This document shows, piece by piece, positions 1 to 11,121 of a stretch of 64,000 bases of DNA. The translations under genes were made by a program, and so were the position numbers. Each line of letters opens with the position of its first letter. The first letter of the stretch is position 1. The notes beneath the pieces were generated by a model, which was given only the letters and a program-made list of their open reading frames with translations, was not told the origin of the DNA and made no database searches. The DNA comes from Candidatus Doudnabacteria bacterium (GTDB taxonomy: Bacteria; Patescibacteriota; Doudnabacteria; UBA920; O2-02-FULL-48-8), in the NCBI GenBank assembly GCA_037200925.1, contig JBBCGO010000001.1, forward strand, positions 447,698 to 511,697, given 5' to 3'.

Positions 1-1118
1 ATAAAATCCAAGACCTGCTTATCAATCACGTCCGCTTTCACAATCGGTTGTTTGCAACTCTTATTCTCTTTCCTAAATTTACAACCATAGGCCAAATACT
101 CGCCGTTCTTCCACTTGTAATATTGGGCATACATCTTTGGCAGCATTCTGGCGTTAGGGTCATTCTCCTTGCCCTTAAGCTCTTTATAGCTGTAGTAGCA
201 ATATACCAACCCTTGCAGTAAATAAAATCTATGTTGAGCAACTGGCCGCCCAAAAGTATTCCTGCGGCCAGCTATGGCATCCTGCACCTTATCAAACAAC
301 TTTTGCGAAATTATAGCTGGGTGAATACCTTTTATCGTCGGGTAATTTTTCTTCCGAGAAAATACCATACCAAGGTAAACTTTATTGCTTAGGATGTCTT
401 TAATAGTGCTATAAGTATAGGGTCGGCCAGATTTAGTCCGTGCCTTTGCTTTATTCATTTCAACGGCTACATCCGCATACGAATACCGGCCGGTCGCATA
501 TAATAAATATATTTTCTTTACGTTCTTTGCTCCGAGAGGATCAATCCGCCATTCTGGATCATAAATCGGCCGTCCTTTTTCTTTATCAAAGCCGATTTTC
601 TTTTTCGTGTATCCCGCTGGCGGATTGCCAGTCTGTTTGCCTTGTGTGCGTTTCTCCATCAAAGAGTTCCTGACCCAAAAGCTGATCTGTCTTGAAGTGT
701 GCTCATCAAATAATTCGTTAATCCCCTCGTTTAGAAAAGAACTCGGATCATTCCAGTCATTACCAAAGTTCTGGGTTACTGATGTTACATCAATACCCAG
801 TTTCTTCCTAAGCAATTCTTTGTAATGCCTGGCTTCTTTGACATTGCGAGCAAACCGAGAGGTGTGATAAACCAAGATGACTTCAAACTTGTGTAGCATC
901 GCATCCGTAATCATCCTTTGGAAATCGTCTCGCTTCAAAGCATCCGTGCCTGACACCAAATCCTTATACCACTCCACGATTTGAATGTTGTGTTCACTGG
1001 CGAACTTCTCAATTGATCGCCTTTGGTTATCAGGCGAAAAACCCTTATCCTGCTCCTCAGTACTTTCGCGGATATAAGCAATGCCTGTTTTCAGTTTTAG
1101 AGAGGGTTTTTTAATCAT
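1..1118 (-). CDS. Large serine recombinase (resolvase + recombinase domains), 3' end runs off window
   Basis: Manually translated, absent from the ORF track: MIKKPSLKLKTGIAYIRESTEEQDKG..DLVSGT..RDDFQRM..VYHTSRFARN..GKQTGNPPAGY; YxRxS catalytic motif and SRxxR motif. Confidence 0.92.
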   Translation of the reverse strand, partial: MIKKPSLKLKTGIAYIRESTEEQDKGFSPDNQRRSIEKFASEHNIQIVEWYKDLVSGTDALKRDDFQRMITDAMLHKFEVILVYHTSRFARNVKEARHYKELLRKKLGIDVTSVTQNFGNDWNDPSSFLNEGINELFDEHTSRQISFWVRNSLMEKRTQGKQTGNPPAGYTKKKIGFDKEKGRPIYDPEWRIDPLGAKNVKKIYLLYATGRYSYADVAVEMNKAKARTKSGRPYTYSTIKDILSNKVYLGMVFSRKKNYPTIKGIHPAIISQKLFDKVQDAIAGRRNTFGRPVAQHRFYLLQGLVYCYYSYKELKGKENDPNARMLPKMYAQYYKWKNGEYLAYGCKFRKENKSCKQPIVKADVIDKQVLDF

Positions 1119-1129
1119 AACTAATTAAC

Positions 1130-2182
1130 TTACAGTTTTCTGTATCGGGTAGCACTACCCATACCCAACCGTTCTATTTTCTTAAATTTCAATAACTTGT
1201 CCAATACTTGATTAACTGTCGGCCGAGCGACTTTAGCTTTTTTGCTAATCTCTTGGGGAGTGGCCTCGTCTACAGTTTGCAGATACTTCCAGACCAATAT
1301 CTGCTTGGGTGAGAGTAGTTTCTCTATGTCTTCTTTATTGAGCAAGCCAATGGCTATTTTTGACTGCTTAAGCAGTATGTCAAAGAAGAACTCCAACCAC
1401 GGGGTTATATCTTCTCTCTTGCTCTTAGCTGTCTGTTGGCTCTTTCTTAAGGCAATATAGTATTCTGATTTATTATCCTCGATCAATTTTTCGTGGGAGA
1501 CATAAGGCATATAGACAAACCCTTCTTTCAAAAGAAGTAAATTTGTAAGGACACGGGAAAGACGGCCGTTGCCATCTTGGAACGGATGAATGTTCAGAAA
1601 TTCTACAAGGAAGTTGCCGATCACAAGTAGCGGATTATATTTCTTAATTTTGAGCTGGGTTTCTGTCCAATCTACTAATTCTTGCATTTCTTTCGGTGTT
1701 AAGTATGCGGGAGTGGGATTAAATAAAGTTGCAACGAAATTACCTTGAGCATCCGTCATATCAACTCTATTCTCGCCTTTTTTATAATCGCCCTTATGAC
1801 CCTGATCTTTTTCGACATACTTAAGCAGCTCGTTATGCAAATGCTTAATTGAGCTTTCGGACAATTTTATTGTCTGCCAAGCATCAAAAACATTATTTAG
1901 CAGATCAAAGTATCCCTGCACTTCTTGTTTATCTCTCGACGCAAACTTCTTCATTCCCAAACCACGAATGAATTTCTCGACATCTTCATCAGTTAGTTTA
2001 GAGCCCTCAATACGGGTCGAGGCTCCTGTGGAGGTGATTAAAACCCATTTCTTAAGCCTGCCTAACAACTGTGGGCTCAATTGTGCCCCTGATGTCCAGC
2101 GACCCTTAAGATCGTCAATTTGGGCGATTTTAGCCCAAATAGCATCCGGTATGTTACTAAGGCGTTTATCGAAGTTTTTCAT
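1130..2182 (-). CDS. Fic family protein (class II-type) with C-terminal wHTH
   Basis: HPFQDGNGRLSR Fic motif; N-terminal STRIEG inhibitory motif. Confidence 0.93.
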   Translation of the reverse strand: MKNFDKRLSNIPDAIWAKIAQIDDLKGRWTSGAQLSPQLLGRLKKWVLITSTGASTRIEGSKLTDEDVEKFIRGLGMKKFASRDKQEVQGYFDLLNNVFDAWQTIKLSESSIKHLHNELLKYVEKDQGHKGDYKKGENRVDMTDAQGNFVATLFNPTPAYLTPKEMQELVDWTETQLKIKKYNPLLVIGNFLVEFLNIHPFQDGNGRLSRVLTNLLLLKEGFVYMPYVSHEKLIEDNKSEYYIALRKSQQTAKSKREDITPWLEFFFDILLKQSKIAIGLLNKEDIEKLLSPKQILVWKYLQTVDEATPQEISKKAKVARPTVNQVLDKLLKFKKIERLGMGSATRYRKL

Positions 2183-2414
2183 AGTTATTTAGCTAATATA
2201 ATGATATATATAAGATTATATACGATATATAAAATAAAGTCAAATTGTACTCCCGCTTGTAATGCTTGAGGAGTTCATCATTTTCGATTGTTAGATTTAT
2301 CATAATTTCAATTTTATTAATAGCTTGAATTTGAATTCTAAATAAAAACAGCCTTTCGGCCGCCATTTATTGCGAATCACGAAATTAAATATGTAATTCT
2401 AGCCTTTTCAGCAT

Positions 2415-3371
2415 TTAAGATAATTCGAACAATTGATTCGCTATCCCAAGTAGCTCGTCTTTCTTGGCTACATTATCAAACCATTTTTTAGGAATTCCGC
2501 CAATTCCGTAATATGCTCCGGCAAGTTGTCCGTATATTGCTCCCGTGGTATCAGCGTCATCCCCAAGATTGATTGCCTTGAGTACTCCGTCTTCAAAGAA
2601 TTCCGAGTTATAAAACGCCCACAAAGCCGCTTCCATAGATTTAACTACAAATCCACTCCCTTCTATAAAAGGCGGATCATGATGTTTGAAAGAACCACGG
2701 GCAATATTTTCTATTTCTGATGTGAGTTGATTATTTTTCCAGAAATCTGGAATCGGAGAATATAAATCAGACAATAATTCTTCTTTCGAAACCCCATTTA
2801 ATGCCCCGATAATAAGTCCGGTGTAATATTTGCAAGCATCAGAACATAACTGAGAGCCATGGGTAATTTTTGAGCTTAATCCAGCATTTTTTACTGCTTG
2901 CTCTGGATTACTTCTAAAATACAAAGGTATTGGAGCAAGTCGCATAAGACTTCCATTTCCGTCAGAATTTCGAGAAGAAATCGCCACATACGGATCGTCT
3001 CCATTTCGGTATGTCAGGAGCGCTCTAAGTATTGTTTGGCCGACACCAATAGCCTTTCCTGAGCTTGAACAGTATCCTGTTTCAAGCCATTTTTTATATT
3101 TTTCAATTTGATCAACAGGATCAAAAGATTTTTTCTCGATTAAACTGTTTGCAAGACATAATGCCATAGCAGTATCGTCAGACCAATGACCAGCGGGTAA
3201 ATCAAACCAATCAGAATCTCTAAAATCAGTTATAGGTTCAAATTCGCCAACTGCTTTAAATTCTGCGGGAACTCCGAGGGCATCGCCAATTGCTAAACCA
3301 AACAAGGAGCCATGATATTTTTCCAATAGCTCCTTTCGCACAAGAATTTTTTGTTTTGATTCGATTTCCAT
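2415..3371 (-). CDS. ADP-ribosylglycohydrolase (DraG/ARH family)
   Basis: GDALG, WSDDTAM, GNGSLMR, GDDADTTGAI motifs. Confidence 0.95.
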   Translation of the reverse strand: MEIESKQKILVRKELLEKYHGSLFGLAIGDALGVPAEFKAVGEFEPITDFRDSDWFDLPAGHWSDDTAMALCLANSLIEKKSFDPVDQIEKYKKWLETGYCSSSGKAIGVGQTILRALLTYRNGDDPYVAISSRNSDGNGSLMRLAPIPLYFRSNPEQAVKNAGLSSKITHGSQLCSDACKYYTGLIIGALNGVSKEELLSDLYSPIPDFWKNNQLTSEIENIARGSFKHHDPPFIEGSGFVVKSMEAALWAFYNSEFFEDGVLKAINLGDDADTTGAIYGQLAGAYYGIGGIPKKWFDNVAKKDELLGIANQLFELS

Positions 3372-3372
3372 A

Positions 3373-4961
3373 TTATTTTAATTTAGAAAAAAACTTCCAA
3401 ATCGCAAACATACCATAAGTGTCTAGTTTACAATATTCCAACATCTGACTTTCCTTTTCTTTCGCCATCTCCCCAACTAATTCACCTTTAGTTATTTGTC
3501 GATAAGCCTCGATAGCATCGGTACCATTTTGTACACCAAGTGTTTCATAGGATAAATCTGAAGCCCCTGTTAGTTTGGCGACTATTGGCAAGACTTTTTT
3601 AATTGAGGCTCTGCCTTCAAATCCTGGATGTACGTAATGTTGATCCTCAACTATATCCATCAAATCGTATGTTCTTTCAACTACCTTAAGAAAAAAATCT
3701 TTATATTCTGGTAAAAAAATTGCAAGTTCGCGATTTCGTGTATTTTCGAATTTTTTAGACCACGAAATAACCGTTCCCTTATTACCGATATGTTCTCGTA
3801 AATTCTTCGCGATACGCTCAGAGGGCTCTCCATCTAAGATTAGACATTCGAAATGAGTAGGCTCTGAATTCTCGTCATTTAGAACATGTAACGAATATTG
3901 AAAAACAATTTGTTGGTAGGGACGATATCCGCTATACGGAGGGATGGCAGTTGGATATGTTTCATAGTCGAGAAAATAAAGAGGAAATACAAGCGAATCG
4001 AGTTCGGTCTTGATCGACTTAATATCAATCAATGGTTCTTGAGATTTATGAACCATGATTTGATTTAGTTTTCTTGGTTTACTAGGTTTTTCATTTTTTT
4101 TTGATTCTTTGGGCTTTAATCTATCGTCTATTGGCACATTGCCAATTTCCAGTATACCCTCATTAAGTAACTCCTCTAGATATCTCTTACTATTTCCAAT
4201 TCTATTTAAATCATGAACGCTGTATCTAGGTACGCTCGGGTTGATATAAGAAAACGCTGTGCAATGAGCACTGCGACCCCTATAGTAACAAGGGCATGGA
4301 ACCGAAGGCATTTTTTTACTTAATAAATAGTTTTGGGCCTGCTCCATTTCTTCTACGGCAATTGGTTTCAAGCGTTCTATCGCCTCGGTCTTATCCTCGA
4401 TGATGAAAAGTTGACCTGGTGTGAAATCTAGCTCGCCTTTTCTAATGTATGCTCGATTGAGACGGACAAGATATTTTTTATCCAATGGTACTCCACATGC
4501 TTCAAGAACATTCGCCTGGAAAGCAAGGTCATATTCGTATTGAAGTTCTCTTTTTTATTAACTCTCTTAGGTTTTCCCTCGTCTTCTTCATCATCCTCTT
4601 CGGTTGATGACATTTTTATTTCATATATTTCGTATTTCTGAATTGAATCGTTCCATTTCAGGACGTCGGCAGCAGCAACGTATCTATCAGTCGCAAAAAC
4701 AGCCTGATAAATTACAGGTGTTCGCTCCGTAATAAGTTTTTGAGTCAATTCTTGAGCACCTTCGCTCCGCCTCTCAACGAGATAACCCCCAGGAAACATT
4801 CCCCGTGCTAATTCTTCTACCTCATTGCCCATCACAGCTAACGATTTCTCGAAATCCGATACTTCAAACTTTGCATACTCTTTAGACTCATGTCTTTTTA
4901 CCCAAACGTTGTTTGGACACTCTCGGTAGAGAATAAAATCAGTTTTTGTAAGGAGTGCCAT
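3373..4961 (-). CDS. DUF2779-containing protein (PD-(D/E)xK nuclease-like N-terminus + RNase H-like domain), split by a 1-bp frameshift at 4551-4556
   Basis: ORFs 4428-4961 and 3373-4485 join as ..VNKK-RELQYEYDLAFQANVLE.. if one A is added to the A6 run; motifs AADVL..IYEIKMS, LYFLDYET, FQYSLH, YCKLDT. Confidence 0.8.
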
Positions 4962-4966
4962 AAATG

Positions 4967-7900
4967 TTAAGCGTTACGCGTGCCTTTGCAATAAGGAAAA
5001 CGAGAGCACCCATAAAACTTTCCTCTCCGGCTGTTTCTCAAGACCATACGTGAATTACAGCGAGGACATAACGAATCAGTTAGGACAGGCGCTGGTCTAG
5101 GTATGGATGTTGTTGTCAGGCGTGTACTGAGGTTTTTGCACGCATTGCAAAATCTCCCATAGCCAGTAATCAAATCAGCATCTTTGAAATCAATTAATGG
5201 CTTTACTTCTTTGCATCTTGGGCATTCCCTAATATCACCATTTTGGAGTCCTTCTATAGTGCCTTGTATATTTGCAAGAAGTGAGTTGGCATTCTCTGGA
5301 TTTTTAAGTAATCGCGCAATTCTATCATCAAGGCTCGCAATCGGGTTTTTCCCACTGTTGAACTTATTGATTCTTAAAAATTTATAGCCATAACTTTCTA
5401 ATACTTTCTGGCGGTATACGTCATCATTGGAGTAGTAGTGCTCATAGTTGAATTCGTTGACTTCATCTGCATCTTTGAAGTGTTCTAAGAAACCATCGTA
5501 CTCAATGATGATTTTGTGTTCCTTGTGTCGCTCATCGGTATAGATAAGATGAAAATCAACCTCGTATGCTGGATGAGTGTAGGTGGGGTCTAGTTGTTTT
5601 AGATATTTTCCTATTTCAAACTGTGGCATAAATTCAATTGAATCTTTGTGCTGTTTCCAAAATTTCGTTTGATAAAACCAATTTAGCACTTCTGGCTCTT
5701 TTTTAGAGTTTGGATCTGTCTCGGAAACGCCGTGCTCTTTTCGCGCTTCGTCCAACATATATTTATAGTGTCTTAACGCTTCTCCAGCAGAGCCGGTGAA
5801 GTCCTCCAGGGGCTTGCTCAATACGAAATGGACGCACTCTTTGGCACGACTAAAGCCCACATTCAAACGCTGCGCTTTTAGTTGCCCGTCCTCTTCAACA
5901 TCTACCTTGCTTAAATCCTTAATGAATACGCCCCAGAGCTTATCGCTGTGTGGAGAGGCTACCATTGAGTAGTAGATGATGTCGCGTTCTTCTCCCTGGC
6001 AGGTGTCGAACGTCATTATCTTGAGTTTCAGCTTGTCCTGGAAATAATCCCACTCTGGCATTTTGCCAATCATTTCTACCAGGAGCTTCTGCTGATTTGT
6101 GTGTGGTGTGATAATACCCACGCTCACGACTTTATCTTCATCCTTTAACCGTTTAAGTTCAGAGATGATAAACTCAACTTCTTTAACATTAGTGTTAGGA
6201 TAGCGTTCATCTGCTGTCGTGGTCTCAACATACGAAAATTTTATTACTTCGTCTATGGATTTCCCGCGAATCTTCATCACTTGCAAACTTTCCTGATAGA
6301 AATACTTGTTTGAATAGGAAATGATTTCTTTATAACCTCTAAAGTGTTTCAGCAATTGGATATTGTAGTTGCTGACGAACTCAAAGAACTCAAGAATAGA
6401 AGTCTTGATGTTGAATTTTTTGAGTCTTTCCAATTTTATTGGATCGGTGGAGACGTTAGCTCTAAAATTAGCATTCAATCCGTTCAGGTACTCACGGTTA
6501 GTATCTCCGCGCGCTTGTGCCGCTTTGATGTTACTAAATTGTTTTTTGTCTCCTAGAATCAGCACTTTCTTTGCCCGCAAGAGGGCAGGAAATGCTTGGG
6601 CAATGCTTACCTGTGAGGCTTCATCAATCACCACTAAATCAAATAATCCTGGCTCTAGTGGTATATACTCAGCGTAGTCCCTAATGCCTGCCAATATGCA
6701 CGGAAAAGCCTCTTTGAGCTTCTTAAACTCATCTCTCGGGAATTTCTGTTTATTCTTTATGATATTCTTTAATGTTTGGGCATCGTTGCGATTGTTTTCA
6801 CAAAAATCAATTAGCTGTCCATCGAGAAGGTATGTTACTTGAGTAGTAACCAAATCTTCAATTTGCCTCATACGAGCGGCGTAGTTCAACTCGAGAATGT
6901 TGGAAAAATCTTTGCTCACTTTTTGCTTTAGGTTCAAGTATCTAATCTGTTTATCAAATTCTAGTTCATCACCGTCCGTAATCGCGTTGCTTATCACTGT
7001 GGCGAACTGTTCGGTATTGATACCAATCTTTTTTGCTGTCTTCGGATATTTCTCAACAATCTCTTTGAGATACCCTACCTTCTCACTCAGAGCGACGATT
7101 TCTTGAACGCCCAGTATAATCGCCTCATCAGTAAGGAGCTTGTGAGCCATCGCGATGAAATCGTAGTCACCTACATTTTTTCCATTTATTTCGTCACCAA
7201 GTTTTTGAGCATAACTAAAAATCTCTTGTATGTCTTTAAGTTCCTGGAGTTGTTCGTGGGGATTGGAGATCATGCTGTGAATAAAGGTTTGCTTGAAACT
7301 AATATCCAATTCTTCTGCTCGTTTTTTACTAAACAGATATCCGACTGCCCAAAGTTTCAGCTTTGAATACTGCTCGATGAAATATTGGAGTTTCTCTAAA
7401 TCTTTTGAGTCAAACTGTGAGAACTTACTGATAGCGTCAATTTTATTATAAAATGTCGCCTTTACTTTCTGTATACTTTCAAGGGCCAGCATTAATAAAC
7501 GCAAGAAATTTTCGGAGTCATCTAGTGTTCGTATACTTTTAGGGGTTACCTCAAGAAGCTCAAAAAACTTCTGCGTGACATTAGAAGTGAAAACGTTTTT
7601 AATTTGCTGCAGTGAGCTTCGTAACTCTCCAAGTTCGATGGCCACTTCGTCTTGTGGAGCCAACTCTTCAAAATCGAAAAATAAAACTTTTTCACTAAAA
7701 TAAAGTTCCAAATCAAAAAATTCTTGGATTTCTTTGATGTTTATATTCTCATAAGCAACCATCTCCGCTTCCAAGTCTTCTTTTAGAGAATTTCCAGATT
7801 TGATAATGGTTTCTTCTATATTCTCATAGTCATTTTTTACTGCGCGATGATAAGTTTTTATTCTATCGATGGCACTTTGAGCGAGAATTGAATTATAAGT

Positions 7901-9526
7901 ATTGCCGGTTTTTCCAAGTCTTAAAATTGGGTTCTGAAAGTTTTCATCATTGCGAACCTTATTCATCGTCTGGGTAATTTTGTCTTCGACGACGTCCAGC
8001 GCTTCCTTTTTATCGGAAAGAACCAATACCGATTGGTTTTTCAAAATTGCATCGAAAATAATAGCGGTAATGGTATGACTTTTTCCCGTTCCTGGCGGCC
8101 CCGAAACTACTAAATAGTTGCAGCCTTCTTTATTAATTGCAGATAGGATTTGCCGCTGCTCGCTATTGAGTGGTATTGGACTTGGGTAGACAAGCTTATC
8201 TGCTGTTTCTGTACCGTCCCATTCACCCTCAACTTCCGGATTGAAAGGCTGAGGATTATTTCTAATAAAGTCGTCTATCAGTTTATTAAAAATTTCTGCA
8301 AGATTGCCACCTTCTAGGCTTAACATCTGGAGGATTTCTTCGTAGTCATTAACCAACGCTTCGTCCGACTTATCAAATAAACAGATGTAACTGCTGTTAG
8401 AAATACGCACAGACGCGCCACGGGCGATTGTAGATTCACCGCTTGAAAATTCCGACGTACCTTCAAGTCCAAAAAAATGAGACATTTCATTTAGAACATC
8501 GTTGATGATTTGAGGGAAATCATCTTTGTGTTGAGACAAATAGATAATGCGATCTGAAATAGTCTGTAAGCTGCCCGTGGTCCCTTTTTGGGTATTGTGC
8601 TCTTGAACTACGAACTCAAGAGCCTTTTTATTAATATATACCTGTGAATCGAAGTCGATACTTAAGGTGTCTCCTTCTCGTTTAGTTGAAAAAGGGATAT
8701 AGAAAATCGGGTACTTACTGTTATTGAAAGAAATATCTCCAAAGTAAAGATAAAATTCTTGCTTATCCAAAATGCTTTTGTTACGCTCCATCTCGAAAAG
8801 TTCCAAAAACAAATCAGCAACTTGGAGATTCTCAAAAAAGGAAGTGAGGTTGCCTTTTACGTCTTGTGGAATGAATACTGATTTGAGTTCTTTTGTGAGA
8901 TTAACCTTCTCTTGAGCAATAATAAGATTCAATACTTCTGAAATTTTGTTCTCCAACAACCGAAGTATGACTGCGGTCAACTCTTCTTCAATAAGATAAA
9001 TATTGTCTTCGTCGCCTAGGTTAAGATTTTGCAAGGGCTTCTCAACGCTTTCAACAAAAGGGTGCACCAGTGCACTACGAATAATCTTTGAGGCTTCTTC
9101 AAGAGAGTTAGTAAGAGCAACGTCGTACTCTTTTGCATATAAAGTGCCCGCCTTCTCTATTTCATCAGCGACTTTTTCAGTAATGCCAGCGATTTCTGTA
9201 TTACTGATTTTACCTATTTGGAGCTTGATTAAATCAAGTAAATTTTTAGGAAGGTTTGTTTTATAAACCCCCTTCTCAATTTTATTCAGAATGTCTTCAT
9301 CAAAACTTTTGCTAATAAGTTTTGATGTTAGCTTGCTGAAAGAAGGGTACTTTTGAAGATTCAAACCAATTAGTAAATTGTCATTGTTCCGAAACTCGAT
9401 AGCCCGACGAGGGAGCTTATGTTTATGGAAATCCGTCTCCAAGAAATCCATAAAATACTTAGCAACCTCTTTGATAAATAAGAGGCCATTTTGTTCGACT
9501 TTTTGAATTAATGTTGCTGGTTTCAT
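4967..9526 (-). CDS. SF1 (Upf1/Dna2-like) helicase fused to Vsr/DUF559-like endonuclease and C-terminal Zn ribbons
   Basis: GPPGTGKS, DEASQ, GDKKQ, QGEERD, RLNVGFSRAK; IEYDG..H..RQKVLESYGYKFLRI; CPRC..GKFYGCSRFPYC topoisomerase-type zinc finger. Confidence 0.9.
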   Translation of the reverse strand: MKPATLIQKVEQNGLLFIKEVAKYFMDFLETDFHKHKLPRRAIEFRNNDNLLIGLNLQKYPSFSKLTSKLISKSFDEDILNKIEKGVYKTNLPKNLLDLIKLQIGKISNTEIAGITEKVADEIEKAGTLYAKEYDVALTNSLEEASKIIRSALVHPFVESVEKPLQNLNLGDEDNIYLIEEELTAVILRLLENKISEVLNLIIAQEKVNLTKELKSVFIPQDVKGNLTSFFENLQVADLFLELFEMERNKSILDKQEFYLYFGDISFNNSKYPIFYIPFSTKREGDTLSIDFDSQVYINKKALEFVVQEHNTQKGTTGSLQTISDRIIYLSQHKDDFPQIINDVLNEMSHFFGLEGTSEFSSGESTIARGASVRISNSSYICLFDKSDEALVNDYEEILQMLSLEGGNLAEIFNKLIDDFIRNNPQPFNPEVEGEWDGTETADKLVYPSPIPLNSEQRQILSAINKEGCNYLVVSGPPGTGKSHTITAIIFDAILKNQSVLVLSDKKEALDVVEDKITQTMNKVRNDENFQNPILRLGKTGNTYNSILAQSAIDRIKTYHRAVKNDYENIEETIIKSGNSLKEDLEAEMVAYENINIKEIQEFFDLELYFSEKVLFFDFEELAPQDEVAIELGELRSSLQQIKNVFTSNVTQKFFELLEVTPKSIRTLDDSENFLRLLMLALESIQKVKATFYNKIDAISKFSQFDSKDLEKLQYFIEQYSKLKLWAVGYLFSKKRAEELDISFKQTFIHSMISNPHEQLQELKDIQEIFSYAQKLGDEINGKNVGDYDFIAMAHKLLTDEAIILGVQEIVALSEKVGYLKEIVEKYPKTAKKIGINTEQFATVISNAITDGDELEFDKQIRYLNLKQKVSKDFSNILELNYAARMRQIEDLVTTQVTYLLDGQLIDFCENNRNDAQTLKNIIKNKQKFPRDEFKKLKEAFPCILAGIRDYAEYIPLEPGLFDLVVIDEASQVSIAQAFPALLRAKKVLILGDKKQFSNIKAAQARGDTNREYLNGLNANFRANVSTDPIKLERLKKFNIKTSILEFFEFVSNYNIQLLKHFRGYKEIISYSNKYFYQESLQVMKIRGKSIDEVIKFSYVETTTADERYPNTNVKEVEFIISELKRLKDEDKVVSVGIITPHTNQQKLLVEMIGKMPEWDYFQDKLKLKIMTFDTCQGEERDIIYYSMVASPHSDKLWGVFIKDLSKVDVEEDGQLKAQRLNVGFSRAKECVHFVLSKPLEDFTGSAGEALRHYKYMLDEARKEHGVSETDPNSKKEPEVLNWFYQTKFWKQHKDSIEFMPQFEIGKYLKQLDPTYTHPAYEVDFHLIYTDERHKEHKIIIEYDGFLEHFKDADEVNEFNYEHYYSNDDVYRQKVLESYGYKFLRINKFNSGKNPIASLDDRIARLLKNPENANSLLANIQGTIEGLQNGDIRECPRCKEVKPLIDFKDADLITGYGRFCNACKNLSTRLTTTSIPRPAPVLTDSLCPRCNSRMVLRNSRRGKFYGCSRFPYCKGTRNA

Positions 9527-9536
9527 TTTATTGGGA

Positions 9537-9716
9537 TTACTTGTTGCGAAGATTAGAGTTTCTTTTTAGGAACTCCTCAATCTCTATTTTATTAATACGC
9601 CAGTGCCCGACTTTCGTTGCCTCAAGCTTCTTACTCTGGATATAGCGAAAAACGGTCTTATAGCTAAGGCCCAGTTTCTTTGCCGTTTGTTCTATTGTTA
9701 GATAGTCTTTTGTCAT
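9537..9716 (-). CDS. Excisionase-like HTH_17 DNA-binding protein (59 aa)
   Basis: Manual translation MTKDYLTIEQTAKKLGLSYKTVFRYIQSKKLEATKVGHWRINKIEIEEFL. Confidence 0.85.
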   Translation of the reverse strand: MTKDYLTIEQTAKKLGLSYKTVFRYIQSKKLEATKVGHWRINKIEIEEFLKRNSNLRNK

Positions 9717-9952
9717 AGTTAATTACTATACACCATCTGTCCAAAATTGTCAATAATTGTCCAATTTGTCCAGCAACCGGCCGTGATACTAATATTTGCT
9801 ATAAAAACCGTATTGAATTGAGACCGATATTTACTATGCCTTAGTGTCATTCCTGACAGCAGTATTTGCGTAATACTTAGGGCGGGTGGATTTGAGATGA
9901 ATTTATGATTTGGTTGCTTGTTACTGATAGAAGCGGATGATACTAATAATTG

Positions 9953-11098
9953 CTAAAATAAACTCTGTTGTTTCTGACTGGATTTTGGATTGATTCCAAA
10001 TTCTTGCAAGACAAAATTTAGGACTGCCCCGTCAGGAACATTCAGCTCTATCCCCCTAACCTCAATGTCCTTTATCTCTTTAAGGCGTCTGAAATAGGTG
10101 CTGCGAGAGCCAGTGGTTTGCTTAAGATGATTCTTTAGCCCTGCCCAACCTTCCAGCCTTAAAACTCCTACAGCTTGGTATAGCTGTGCCTTAAGTTTTC
10201 CGTCACTATAATTCTTTTCGATAAAATCCTTGACCTGTTGGTTAAGCTGCCTGTAATCATAATCCTTTGAAACAACCAAACCATTCAAGGGATGATTAAA
10301 TATCTGGTCAACTTCGTGCTTCAATAGATCATTGGCAATGTTATACTTGAAAACTTCTGCCAAGGTAAAATTCTTTTTTGACGGATAAAACTTAGATAGG
10401 AATTGTCTGACTGAAGTTACATTGTGCAGGGTCAATTCAAACCTAAGAATAGATTCCTTATTATCGGCCAGCTTTCTGTGAATTTCTTTTTCTTCTTTGG
10501 TAAAACCCTGATCCAGCAAACTCTGAATTTGGTCATAAACCACAAAATGCGACGACGTCCTATTGAAGTATTCAAGATGGGTTAACTGACCATTAGGATT
10601 AAATTTTGGTTCAAATGACGAACGAAATCGGTATTTAGAATGAGCTAAAATTGCCAAAGCTTCTTCGGTGGTGCCGAAGGCTTTCACGTTGAGGTTCTTA
10701 CAATAAGAGACCATCGTTACTACTCCGTCCCTAACACTATTTCGAGAAGCCGATACCTTGATTGAAGCTAAAAAACTTATGATTGAGTCAATCAGAACTT
10801 CAAGATCAGCTTCGGATATTTCATAATAATTCTGGCCGTATTTGAGTTTGGGCAAAGAAACCTCGAGGTATAAATAATTATTACCTCGATTAAAACTGCT
10901 TTGGTGTGTCCAGTATTTCATAATGTAAATGCCCTTGGCTTGCTGGGATTTACGAAATTGGTCGCTGGTATGAATTAACTTTTTAATTCTTTTCTTGCCG
11001 TTCTTATCGTTGTCAAAACTCCCCTTGGCATCCTGAAAATAAGGGTTGTTTTCAACCGAATGAAAATTTGAAATTCTGATTCTTACGCTATCAATCAT
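9953..11098 (-). CDS. Putative phage/plasmid replication initiation protein (Rep_trans/Phage_CRI-like)
   Basis: MIDSVRI start, LEVSLPKLKYGQNY, LRFELTL, C-terminal SRSTYFRRLKE HTH-like segment; located in mobile element. Confidence 0.55.
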   Translation of the reverse strand: MIDSVRIRISNFHSVENNPYFQDAKGSFDNDKNGKKRIKKLIHTSDQFRKSQQAKGIYIMKYWTHQSSFNRGNNYLYLEVSLPKLKYGQNYYEISEADLEVLIDSIISFLASIKVSASRNSVRDGVVTMVSYCKNLNVKAFGTTEEALAILAHSKYRFRSSFEPKFNPNGQLTHLEYFNRTSSHFVVYDQIQSLLDQGFTKEEKEIHRKLADNKESILRFELTLHNVTSVRQFLSKFYPSKKNFTLAEVFKYNIANDLLKHEVDQIFNHPLNGLVVSKDYDYRQLNQQVKDFIEKNYSDGKLKAQLYQAVGVLRLEGWAGLKNHLKQTTGSRSTYFRRLKEIKDIEVRGIELNVPDGAVLNFVLQEFGINPKSSQKQQSLF

Positions 11099-11121
11099 AG
11101 AGGGGGTTTTTTAAGAGATGG

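Noticed and set aside
4540-4565. Programmed -1 frameshift in the DUF2779 gene at AAAAAAG
   Set aside because: The heptamer is not in the A_AAA_AAG phase of the upstream frame, and other homopolymer indels in the window point to sequencing error
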